62,380 bases of DNA, from positions 1 to 62,380 of the IMG/VR virus record IMGVR_UViG_3300048589_000279. One strand, 5' to 3'. Position numbers and translations under genes: made by a program. Source of the DNA: a virus. Its lineage: Duplodnaviria; Caudoviricetes. The notes beneath the pieces were generated by a model, which did no database searches, had not been told where the DNA came from, and was given only the letters and a program-made list of their open reading frames with translations. Within the stretch, counting starts at the first letter, position 1; every line of letters begins with the position of its first letter. This document shows positions 54,866 through 62,380 of the stretch, piece by piece.

Positions 54866-56112
54866 GGGTTTAGTACTTCTTCACAGGTTTGGATGAACTC
54901 GGCTGCAACTTGCGGGACGATGGCGTTTCCCGCGCCACGGAGCAAAGGAGGGCGGATACTCCTGCGTCGTGCCAAGCCTGACACCACGTATTGCCCATCA
55001 TTAGCCAAAGGGAAAAGGCCGGGTTCAACTGGAATTTGCCGGAGCTTTCCGTCTCGGCATTGGATGAGGGTTCCAGCCCACTCGTTTGAGCGGTCAAGGT
55101 GTCCGCTACTCCCCTGCTGTGTCTCATTCCGCAGCACTCCGCATCCTCCGCCCGTGCTGTCGCCCAGCCCGCCGGAGTCATTCCCGCTACAAGACCGCCC
55201 ATCAGCATCTCGCCCTTCCTCGCTCCGCCTCTGCTCGTCTGCCCGCCGGTCATCGTGTTCGGAGTTGGCCATAGCTCGCACAGGTGCGCAACCCTCGGCA
55301 GTTGATCCAGCCGCGTGCGTGTCGAGCCGTCCGGGTTGGTTCCCGTCTCCGACATCCCCGGCGTATCCTTCCAGTCCCGCGCCGAAGCCGTTGGCCAGCC
55401 GGCCATGATTCCCTCCACGCTCTGCGGAGTCAGGCGTTGCCGTTTCCCGCCGTGATCGTTCCCGCGGTTCTCGCTCATGTTTGGTGCCTGCGTCACTTGT
55501 GGAGTTGGCCATGGGGCCATCGAGGCTGCATCGTTCAAGGTCGTTCCGGTGTGTGCTCCGCGCGCCTTCCTTGCCTCGTCGCTCTCCGGTCCCCTGCATG
55601 AGTCCGTCTGCACTGGCGTGGGCCATCCAGTAAAGTCGCTGGCGCTGATGCGGCGCACCGACGCTGAATGCGCCCAATACAGCCGCCCCGACCGTGTAGC
55701 CTTCCGACTCCATTTCTGTTGATACAACATCGAGCCAGTCGAATCCAATCGCTGCCGCAACCTGTTCCCCAAAGACTCGCTCAGGGCGTTTGACTTGGAC
55801 AAGGCGACGGAACACAGGCCAGAGGTTGCGTTCATCTGCCGCGCCTTCCTGCTTTCCGCTGGCGGAATAGGGTTGGCAGGGCAAAGAGGCTGTCCAAACA
55901 GGTCGAGACTCAGGCCAGCCGGCGAGTTTGAGAGCAAGGGGCCAGAGTCCAATTCCGGCGAAGAAGTGGCATTGTGTGAATCCGTCGAGTTCATGGGGTT
56001 GTATTTCGGTGATGGAACGATCATCGACCACACCGGCCGGGATCAGGTTGCGGGCGATCAACTCACGCAGCCATGCGGCGGCATGCGGATCGTATTCGTT
56101 GTAGTAGTTCAC
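54862..56112 (-). CDS. C5-cytosine DNA methyltransferase, main (alpha) frame
   Basis: HFFAGIG, LPCQPYS, FGEQV, PHQRQRLY, LRGAGNAIVPQVA. Confidence 0.9.
   Translation of the reverse strand: MNYYNEYDPHAAAWLRELIARNLIPAGVVDDRSITEIQPHELDGFTQCHFFAGIGLWPLALKLAGWPESRPVWTASLPCQPYSASGKQEGAADERNLWPVFRRLVQVKRPERVFGEQVAAAIGFDWLDVVSTEMESEGYTVGAAVLGAFSVGAPHQRQRLYWMAHASADGLMQGTGERRGKEGARSTHRNDLERCSLDGPMANSTSDAGTKHEREPRERSRRETATPDSAERGGNHGRLANGFGAGLEGYAGDVGDGNQPGRLDTHAAGSTAEGCAPVRAMANSEHDDRRADEQRRSEEGRDADGRSCSGNDSGGLGDSTGGGCGVLRNETQQGSSGHLDRSNEWAGTLIQCRDGKLRQIPVEPGLFPLANDGQYVVSGLARRRSIRPPLLRGAGNAIVPQVAAEFIQTCEEVLNP
54870..55994 (-). CDS. Nested alternative-frame polypeptide with WPTP repeats (MTase beta-like; start uncertain)
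   Basis: Same-strand frame open for more than 1.1 kb; repeated WPT(P/A); motif-IX-like QLNPAFSLWLM. Confidence 0.65.
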   Translation of the reverse strand: MNSTDSHNATSSPELDSGPLLSNSPAGLSLDLFGQPLCPANPIPPAESRKARQMNATSGLCSVALSKSNALSESLGNRLRQRLDSTGSMLYQQKWSRKATRSGRLYWAHSASVRRISASDFTGWPTPVQTDSCRGPESDEARKARGAHTGTTLNDAASMAPWPTPQVTQAPNMSENRGNDHGGKRQRLTPQSVEGIMAGWPTASARDWKDTPGMSETGTNPDGSTRTRLDQLPRVAHLCELWPTPNTMTGGQTSRGGARKGEMLMGGLVAGMTPAGWATARAEDAECCGMRHSRGVADTLTAQTSGLEPSSNAETESSGKFQLNPAFSLWLMMGNTWCQAWHDAGVSALLCSVARETPSSRKLQPSSSKPVKKY

Positions 56113-57563
56113 AGAAATGCCTCCTCGTCTTCGAATCGGCCAGCGGGCCTGGCCGGTTCTTCTGGTTCCACTTCGCGGGCGGAGCTTTCAAAGCGGGTCC
56201 GGTGCGCGATGTAGGTCAGTGGCACGATCCCGGTTTCGCCGCCGCGGTTCTTGGCAATGTGCATCTCGGCTTGGCCAGCGACGAGCATCTTCTTTTCCTT
56301 GGTATCGGCATAGAGTTCTTCCCGGTAGAGCAAACCCACGATGTCGGCGTCTTGCTCCAGGCTGCCGGATTCCCGCAAGTCAGCGATCCTTGGTTTGCCG
56401 ATGGCTTTCCCCGTCCGGTTCTCGCCGGCACGGTTTAACTGTGCCAAGAGGATGATCGGGATGTTCAACTCCTTCGCCAGTACCTTGATGCCGGCGGAAA
56501 CCTCCGATACTTCGCGCTCCCGCGAGTTCATCGCCTGCTTCGAGGTTGATTTGATGAGTTGAACGTAATCGATCGCCAGCATTTGAATCCCATGGTTGCG
56601 GTGCCAGCGGCGGGCCTTGGCGCGAAGTTGACCAATCGGGATGGCTCCGGTGTCGTCAATCCACAACGGGGAATCTGCGATGGCGCGGGCTGCAGTTCCG
56701 AACGATGTCCGTTCTTCCGGTGTCATCTGGTAGCCTTTTTCCAGTGCCAGCCACGACAACCCTGCGCGTGCGGCGATCGTCCGTTGCAAAATCTGGGTTT
56801 TCGGCATCTCGATTGAGAACACTCCGCACGGGATTCCCTGATCCACGGCGAGGCTTTCCACCACGTTCATCATCCAAGATGTTTTCCCCACTCCCGGGCG
56901 GGCCGCCACCACGAACACCTCGCCGGGTTGGAGGTCGGCACCCATGCGATCGATGTCATGGAATCCCGTCGAGATTCCCGGCAGCTTCACCTTGCCCTTC
57001 TGCGCGTCGTTCACGGCCTTGACGATGGCTGCCACGGTATCCGGGGTGCTTTGCCCTTCCGTCATGCCACGGGACTGCCGGATGGCGAGAAACCGGCCTT
57101 CCAGCGTGTCTAGGAGTTCATCCACTTCCTCCGGTGCGTCGTAGGCCGATTGAATCGCTTCGTTTGAGAACTGGATGACGGATCGGAGGATGAACTTCGC
57201 TTCCACCAGTTTCGCGTGATGGGAGAAATGTCCGGTGGTCACGGCATATCCGTAAATATCGGTCACTGCGGCGGGTCCACCCACCCGGTCGAGATTGCCG
57301 CGGTCGAGGAGTTTTTGAACCAGGGAAATCAGTTCCACCTCTTTCCCGCTTTCGTGGGTGTCAAGGATCTCGGTGAAGAGTGTCGAGTGTGCCGGAAGGT
57401 AGAAATGCTCTGCCGTGATTCCGTGTTCGATCGCGGCCGGGATCATTTCCTCCGGGTATTGGAGCAGGCAGGAAAGCAGGCTTTTTTCCGGTCCCATCGC
57501 ATACGGGAGGGAACGGGTCACGTCGTCTTGGTCAAGGGCGTGAAGGGCGACAGCATTCGACAT
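56109..57563 (-). CDS. dnaB: Replicative DNA helicase
   Basis: AARPGVGKT, IDYVQL, LAQLNR, DLRESGSLEQDAD, KNRGGETG. Confidence 0.97.
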   Translation of the reverse strand: MSNAVALHALDQDDVTRSLPYAMGPEKSLLSCLLQYPEEMIPAAIEHGITAEHFYLPAHSTLFTEILDTHESGKEVELISLVQKLLDRGNLDRVGGPAAVTDIYGYAVTTGHFSHHAKLVEAKFILRSVIQFSNEAIQSAYDAPEEVDELLDTLEGRFLAIRQSRGMTEGQSTPDTVAAIVKAVNDAQKGKVKLPGISTGFHDIDRMGADLQPGEVFVVAARPGVGKTSWMMNVVESLAVDQGIPCGVFSIEMPKTQILQRTIAARAGLSWLALEKGYQMTPEERTSFGTAARAIADSPLWIDDTGAIPIGQLRAKARRWHRNHGIQMLAIDYVQLIKSTSKQAMNSREREVSEVSAGIKVLAKELNIPIILLAQLNRAGENRTGKAIGKPRIADLRESGSLEQDADIVGLLYREELYADTKEKKMLVAGQAEMHIAKNRGGETGIVPLTYIAHRTRFESSAREVEPEEPARPAGRFEDEEAFL

Positions 57564-57687
57564 GGTGGGTGTTCATCAAAAGGTCAGGGTGTTTCCCTCC
57601 CGTCTCCGGCCTCACCCCGGTTAAAGGTCTGGACGGAAACGGAAGGGGATTTTCTCGGGTCTGCCACTCGGCAGGCCGTGAAGGTGG

Positions 57688-58371
57688 TTATGTCCATGGC
57701 AGTTCGGTTTCAACGACTGCCTGGACGGGTTGAGGTTTGGCTTTGGGAACCGATGCGCTGGCGGGTGTTCCCATTCTTACTATTTCCGCGCTGCGATCTG
57801 ACGGGGCGAGGAATGAGAGCAAATCCGGGGTCGGAGTGCGACAACCTTTTGGCGTGTGCCACGGAACCCATTGGCCTTTCTCAAGTGCGGTGTCGCGGGA
57901 GATGCTTTCGCGGGATGTCGGATCCTTGCTTTCGGCGTAAATGTCAACGAAGCGTTGCCAAACTTCCCATTCGTCGTTCACTGGCAAGGCTACTGTGAAA
58001 GCGGGCCAAGATGCCGTTGCCGTCTCGCGTTTCGTGAAGTGGATCAGGACGAAGCAGGGGACTCCGAACTTGGAACGGGAAAGCATGTGCGAAACCTGTC
58101 GCGGCTTGATAAACTTCTTGTCGAGCGGGAATGAAGGATCTCCGCAAACCTTGGCTTCGATGTTGAATTGCCGTCCACCCATAAGACAACCCTCAAAGTC
58201 CGGGAGAGAGGGAACGAGTAGCGTCCGGCTTCCGCCATTGCTCTTGTCCGCGACTACCATGCCTTGAACGCCGTAGCGTCCCATCGTGAGTAGTCCGTTG
58301 CTTTCCTCCCGCTTTGCAGCGGTCATCAGCAGCGTTTCAAAATCCTTTCCTTTGAGGGTTGAAGGGGTCAT
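57688..58371 (-). CDS. RecU-like Holliday junction resolvase
   Basis: GKDFE...PDFEG...FNIEAK...RQVSHM. Confidence 0.7.
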   Translation of the reverse strand: MTPSTLKGKDFETLLMTAAKREESNGLLTMGRYGVQGMVVADKSNGGSRTLLVPSLPDFEGCLMGGRQFNIEAKVCGDPSFPLDKKFIKPRQVSHMLSRSKFGVPCFVLIHFTKRETATASWPAFTVALPVNDEWEVWQRFVDIYAESKDPTSRESISRDTALEKGQWVPWHTPKGCRTPTPDLLSFLAPSDRSAEIVRMGTPASASVPKAKPQPVQAVVETELPWT

Positions 58372-58445
58372 GGGAAATTGGTGGTCCGGGGACCGCACGG
58401 AACCGCTCCGCGCTGCCGCCCCCGGACACTGGTTGGGGAATGGGG

Positions 58446-58763
58446 TTAGAGCTTCAACCCGTCCGCGGTGGGTTCAATCACCGGTGAGGTTGGATCGTAG
58501 CTGTGAGGATATGGATTCGGGCATGCTCCGGGTTCCATCTCGTTGATCGCCTTGAGGTCCATGCCAAGCCACATGATCGCTTCTTGGATCTTGGTGACGG
58601 CAATGGAACGCTCGCGGCTGTATCTCGCTCCGGATTGCGGAACGATTCCTTTTGACGGTTGATCGGTGTGATCCATCGCCTTCTTGATTTTCTGCAACGT
58701 CCCATCGAGGTCTTTGCGGAATTCCTTAGTGTCGGCAATGGATGATTCAAGATATTGGTTCAT
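58446..58763 (-). CDS. Acb2/Tad1-like helical hairpin protein
   Basis: SRERSIAVTKIQEAIMWL. Confidence 0.55.
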   Translation of the reverse strand: MNQYLESSIADTKEFRKDLDGTLQKIKKAMDHTDQPSKGIVPQSGARYSRERSIAVTKIQEAIMWLGMDLKAINEMEPGACPNPYPHSYDPTSPVIEPTADGLKL

Positions 58764-58774
58764 GGCTTGTCGGG

Positions 58775-59302
58775 TTAGTTGCCTCCGGTGCCGTCGAGGT
58801 CGAGCTTGCCAAGGTCCGCCACCGCTTGCAATCCGGCTTTGGCTTCATCGAAGTTGAGCAACTGTTGGCTGCGTTCGCCGGAAATGTAGCGACTGATTTC
58901 AAAGATTGCCTCCTCAATGGTAGCAACTTGTGATTCCGTAAGGTCAACCGATCCGCTTTCACCGTCCTGCGGCTTGTCGATGCGGACCCATGGAGTCGTA
59001 ATCTTCGGGGGTTTTCCTGCGGCCATTTCAACGGCTTTTGCCAGCTTGAATTGAACTGAACGGGTCCCATATTTGGTGTAGCGAAGGGCCAGCTTGAATA
59101 CGTCCATGCCGACAGCATATTTAGCGGGCCATTCCATGATCGCACATGCAATTTTAGGCAGGGCTGCGAACTTCTCCGAGAGTTCCGGCAAAGGAGCCTC
59201 TGGGCATTCTTCTGACTTCTTCGAGGCTCCATCGGAGTTCTCATTTACGGTGTAGGAGAAGACAACGAGGTCTTCTTTGATGGTGAGTGAGTTGATACGC
59301 AT
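58775..59302 (-). CDS. Conserved phage hypothetical protein
   Basis: 175-aa ORF ending YISGERSQQLLNF. Confidence 0.7.
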   Translation of the reverse strand: MRINSLTIKEDLVVFSYTVNENSDGASKKSEECPEAPLPELSEKFAALPKIACAIMEWPAKYAVGMDVFKLALRYTKYGTRSVQFKLAKAVEMAAGKPPKITTPWVRIDKPQDGESGSVDLTESQVATIEEAIFEISRYISGERSQQLLNFDEAKAGLQAVADLGKLDLDGTGGN

Positions 59303-59344
59303 GTGCTTTGTTTTCTATTGGTTTGGTTGTTGGTTTCGGGAGAG

Positions 59345-60109
59345 TCATGCCCAAGCGGGCTTTGGGAGTTTGTGGATTCCGGTGAGGGCGAACGGCCAGC
59401 GGTCTTCCTCCAAGCACCTCTTGTAGAGAGTCAGGACTTTTTCGAGTTTTTCCATGCCGGATTCAACGAACTCTTCCGGGGTATAAATCAGGTTGAAGAA
59501 CGGCGCTTTTTTCTCAACCACGATCCAGGTCCAGAGTGGAGGCTTTTCCAGATTGTTGACCACTGAGAACAGCGAGGAATACCAGGCGTGCTGGAGGTCG
59601 TAATGGCGGTTCGCTACCACCCGGCCGAACTCCCGCGGCGATGCGTCCGCGGCTGTCTTCAAGTCGCCTATGGATGGATCTCCCCACTCTTCGCCGTGAA
59701 GGTCGATCAGGCATTTACACTCCACTCCCATCAGGTTCCCAAACACCGGAGTTTCCCGGTGAGGAAGGCAGCGGAACAGATTGGCGGCATCCGGGTTGGC
59801 GGCGATCGCTTCGGCCATCCGGGGAATTGCGTTCGCGTCATCTTCCTTGAGGATCGGCAACGTCTGCTGCGCCTTCCATAGCTTGCCCTCGTTGCTGGCG
59901 AACGTCATGCCCTTCGGCTTGATCGCGTAAAGGTCGGAGAATGATTTCCCCTCCAAGATAAGGGCATGGGCGATAGAACCGACCCGCATAGCGTCAGTCT
60001 CTTCTTTTTCTTCGTCTTCGCCTGCCTTGAAATGTGCGGGAGAATCTAGAAGCAATTTCGCCATGCTGAAATTCAAAGCGGGCGCTTTTCGATATTCTTC
60101 GACTGTCAT
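59345..60109 (-). CDS. Exonuclease VIII/DUF3799-like PD-(D/E)XK nuclease
   Basis: LNFSMAK...SPAHF, GSIAHALILE, KCLID...DLKT, YDLQHAWY, VEKKAPF. Confidence 0.9.
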   Translation of the reverse strand: MTVEEYRKAPALNFSMAKLLLDSPAHFKAGEDEEKEETDAMRVGSIAHALILEGKSFSDLYAIKPKGMTFASNEGKLWKAQQTLPILKEDDANAIPRMAEAIAANPDAANLFRCLPHRETPVFGNLMGVECKCLIDLHGEEWGDPSIGDLKTAADASPREFGRVVANRHYDLQHAWYSSLFSVVNNLEKPPLWTWIVVEKKAPFFNLIYTPEEFVESGMEKLEKVLTLYKRCLEEDRWPFALTGIHKLPKPAWA

Positions 60110-60744
60110 TTGATTCGGTTTTTTGAGTATGGTGTGTAAATGGCTTGATGCGGAGTGAATCCACGTTTTAGGCGTTTCGCTAAAAGACGTTTGGGAAGAC
60201 CATATTCGATTTCCCAATCTCTTTGTCTTTTGGTAACTCCTTCAAACGTGAGGTAAAGCGTGTTCCTTTTGTTTCCTGCCTGATCCGGCAAGGGTATCCA
60301 TCTGCAATTCGATGGTTCATAATTTCCGTTCACATCGTCCCTCTCGATGGACATGCCGTTTGGACATTCGCCCATATCACGGAGAAAGTTTTCGAAGATG
60401 CTCCATTCAGGGCAAACCGATATTCCTCTCTTCCCATAATTCTTAAATGAAGGGAGCTTTGGATTCTCACAGCGTTTTCTCATTTCTATCCAAGCAACGT
60501 AAGTTTTCGTCTTGGAGCGGCCATGGGTTCGCCTCGCTTTACCGCAAAGCATTGGCTTATCACAGCCACAGCTTCCACCTTCTCCAATTTCAAAACTGTA
60601 TCGGTCAACCTCATTGATTGCACCGCATTGGCATTTACAAATCACCTTGGCTTTTCCGTTTTCGCCCCTCACATGAGAGATAACAGTCCTTTTACCAAAT
60701 TTGGTCCCAATTTCTGATGTGGTGATTTTAGCCTTGGCGGTCAT
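60106..60744 (-). CDS. Free-standing HNH homing endonuclease
   Basis: MRKRC.NP....NYG.RGI.VC.EW, SIERDDVNGNYEPSNCRW; AT-rich. Confidence 0.9.
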   Translation of the reverse strand: MTAKAKITTSEIGTKFGKRTVISHVRGENGKAKVICKCQCGAINEVDRYSFEIGEGGSCGCDKPMLCGKARRTHGRSKTKTYVAWIEMRKRCENPKLPSFKNYGKRGISVCPEWSIFENFLRDMGECPNGMSIERDDVNGNYEPSNCRWIPLPDQAGNKRNTLYLTFEGVTKRQRDWEIEYGLPKRLLAKRLKRGFTPHQAIYTPYSKNRIK

Positions 60745-61577
60745 CACTTGGCTTTCCCTTCTACTTTGAGTTTCGCGCGGAGCTTGTCCATCACCTCGTT
60801 GAACCTGGCGGACGGGATATCGGTTAGCGATTCCACGCGCAGCCAGTTGAGCATTCCGGAAAGCACGTTGTCGCGGGTTTCTCCGAACTTGTCGAGCAGG
60901 GTCGAGACTTCGGAAACCTCATGCTCGTTGAAGAGGGATGTTCCTCCGCCGGCTTCGCAATCGTCGTCTTCGCTGGTCACTACGATGTCCAGTGCATTGC
61001 ACAGACAGTAGCGTTTCGCGTAGGTGTTGGATGATGCCTGTGCTTGCGCGAGACTTGTCACGTTGCGGCCGTCGCTGGTTTTGATCGGTCCATCCTTCGG
61101 CATGGCGAACGGGCTTTCCAACGTGTGCCCTCCGACATGGGAGATACGGCAAACGATGGTCAGGGTGTCCGTGGTTTCCGACTGGCTGAATGAAACGGAA
61201 AGTCCGTTCTTCTGGAGGATCGGGCGGGCGAGTCGCATGATGTCGTCATAACTCGCATAGTTGTATTTCCCCTTGGATTCCGCCCGCCATTTGTAAACGG
61301 CCGGCATCTCGCCTTGGAAGGATGCCAGGGCCTTGTTGAATTGCTTTTCGGCTTCGATGGCTTCGATGCGGAGCTTCATGTCAAGAAGGTGCTGCATCTT
61401 GTCCACGTCGATGTCCTTGAGCATGTCGGCGGTGATGATGCCGAACAAGAGCGGGGCGGGTTCGGCCGGGGCTGCTAGCGGCATCGCCGGAGGTGTCGGC
61501 ATCAACTCACGTTTCTTCCCGCGGGCGGGTTTGACTTCGGTGGCGATCAATTCGGCTTGTGCTGCGGTTGGTTTCAT
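60744..61577 (-). CDS. erf: ERF-family ssDNA-annealing protein
   Basis: YNYASYDDI...PIL.KNGL, H.GG, SSNTYAKRY.L, EDDD. Confidence 0.9.
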   Translation of the reverse strand: MKPTAAQAELIATEVKPARGKKRELMPTPPAMPLAAPAEPAPLLFGIITADMLKDIDVDKMQHLLDMKLRIEAIEAEKQFNKALASFQGEMPAVYKWRAESKGKYNYASYDDIMRLARPILQKNGLSVSFSQSETTDTLTIVCRISHVGGHTLESPFAMPKDGPIKTSDGRNVTSLAQAQASSNTYAKRYCLCNALDIVVTSEDDDCEAGGGTSLFNEHEVSEVSTLLDKFGETRDNVLSGMLNWLRVESLTDIPSARFNEVMDKLRAKLKVEGKAK

Positions 61578-61657
61578 ATTCGTGTTGGTTGGATTCCCCG
61601 CCACCACCGCTCGATCTCCCCCCCGGGAAAGGAACGGATGGCGGCAAGGGAAAGGGG

Positions 61658-62253
61658 TTACAGGGTGCCGGCTTGGGTTTCGATCCACTTGGCGAAACTG
61701 GCAATCTTTCCAACGATTTCATCGCGGACATCGTTGGATTCATCGCTCTTCATGCTAGGAACTACGAGGGAGCGGACTTTGGCGGCGAACTCCATCAGCT
61801 TTGCCTTGTCCGGCGCCGCGGCGGCTTTCTTGGCTGCGAGAGCTTCGGCCTTGGCTTGCGCTGCGGCTTCCGCTTTCACCTTGGCTTCCGCTGCCTGCTG
61901 GTCGGCAATGCGCTTGGCTTCGGCATCCCGCAGGGCTTTTGCCTCGGCTTCGAGCTTCGCCTTTTCCTCGGCGGCGGCCATGATCTTCGCATTGGCTTCC
62001 TCGCGTTCCTTGTCAGCGATGGCTTGCAGGCGTTGGCGTTCCTTGAGTGCTGCGGCTTCGGCGGCTTCGCGTTCCAGTCGGCCTTTTTCGTGAAGTGCTA
62101 TCAATTCCTCATCCTTGCGCTTGGCTTCCTCCTTCAACCGGATGTTCTCCAGGCGGGCCGCTTCACGCTCGGCGGCTTCCGCGGCTGCCTTTTCCGCGGC
62201 TTCCTTGCGGGCTTGCTCCTCGCGCATCTTGCGGGCTTCTGCCGCATCGAGGG
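61658..62253 (-). CDS. C-terminal half of the junction-spanning coiled-coil protein
   Basis: Ala/Glu/Lys-rich, ends AAPDKAKL; continues from 1..460. Confidence 0.85.
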
Positions 62254-62380
62254 CCTGCTGGTAATAGGCTTCCCATTGCGCTTGGGTGAGGCCGGCGAGG
62301 TCGATGCCCATGGGGTCATGGGAAATGGCGGCCAACTTCTCCGCCCGCGCAACGCGGATGGCTTCGAGGGCTGCCGCGGC
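62254..62380. repeat. Terminal direct repeat, copy 2
   Basis: Identical to 1-127. Confidence 0.97.

Noticed and set aside
61441-61470. CCGAACAAG...GTTCGG in erf as another attC site
   Set aside because: No paired L arms, too short and inside a conserved gene
1-62380. Stop-codon reassignment, diversity-generating retroelement or group I/II intron
   Set aside because: Core genes are intact in the standard code; no reverse transcriptase, TR/VR pair or split core gene was seen

Overview
The window is a complete, circularly assembled, GC-rich dsDNA tailed-phage genome of about 62,253 bp; bases 1-127 repeat exactly at 62254-62380. It has a short rightward replication block (HNH, initiator, DnaC-like loader) and leftward blocks for recombination and DNA metabolism (ERF, ExoVIII-like nuclease, RecU-like resolvase, DnaB, SSB-like protein). 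It also carries several DNA-modification enzymes, terminase, portal, scaffold, N4-gp56-type capsid, lysis and tail genes, and a 6264-aa DarB-like polyvalent protein. No intact integrase is visible. The standout feature is an integron-like cassette system inside the phage: 11 attC-type hairpin sites, nine forming an array at 47.8-51.4 kb and two flanking a single cassette at 6.7-7.6 kb. Each site's R' box is complementary to the R'' box of the next site, which is the signature of excisable cassettes. Unlike classical cassettes, the genes lie antisense to the attC top strand and translate through the attC arms, and the crossover triplet is almost always read in frame as Asn. Other notable signals are eight LFSSAS-type motifs at domain boundaries of the giant protein, a five-copy late promoter that implies leaderless mRNAs, a 61-nt mini-cloverleaf RNA ending in CCA, a dual-frame C5 methyltransferase, and an integrase remnant splitting a tail gene. 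All functional calls come from motif recognition by eye; no database search was run.
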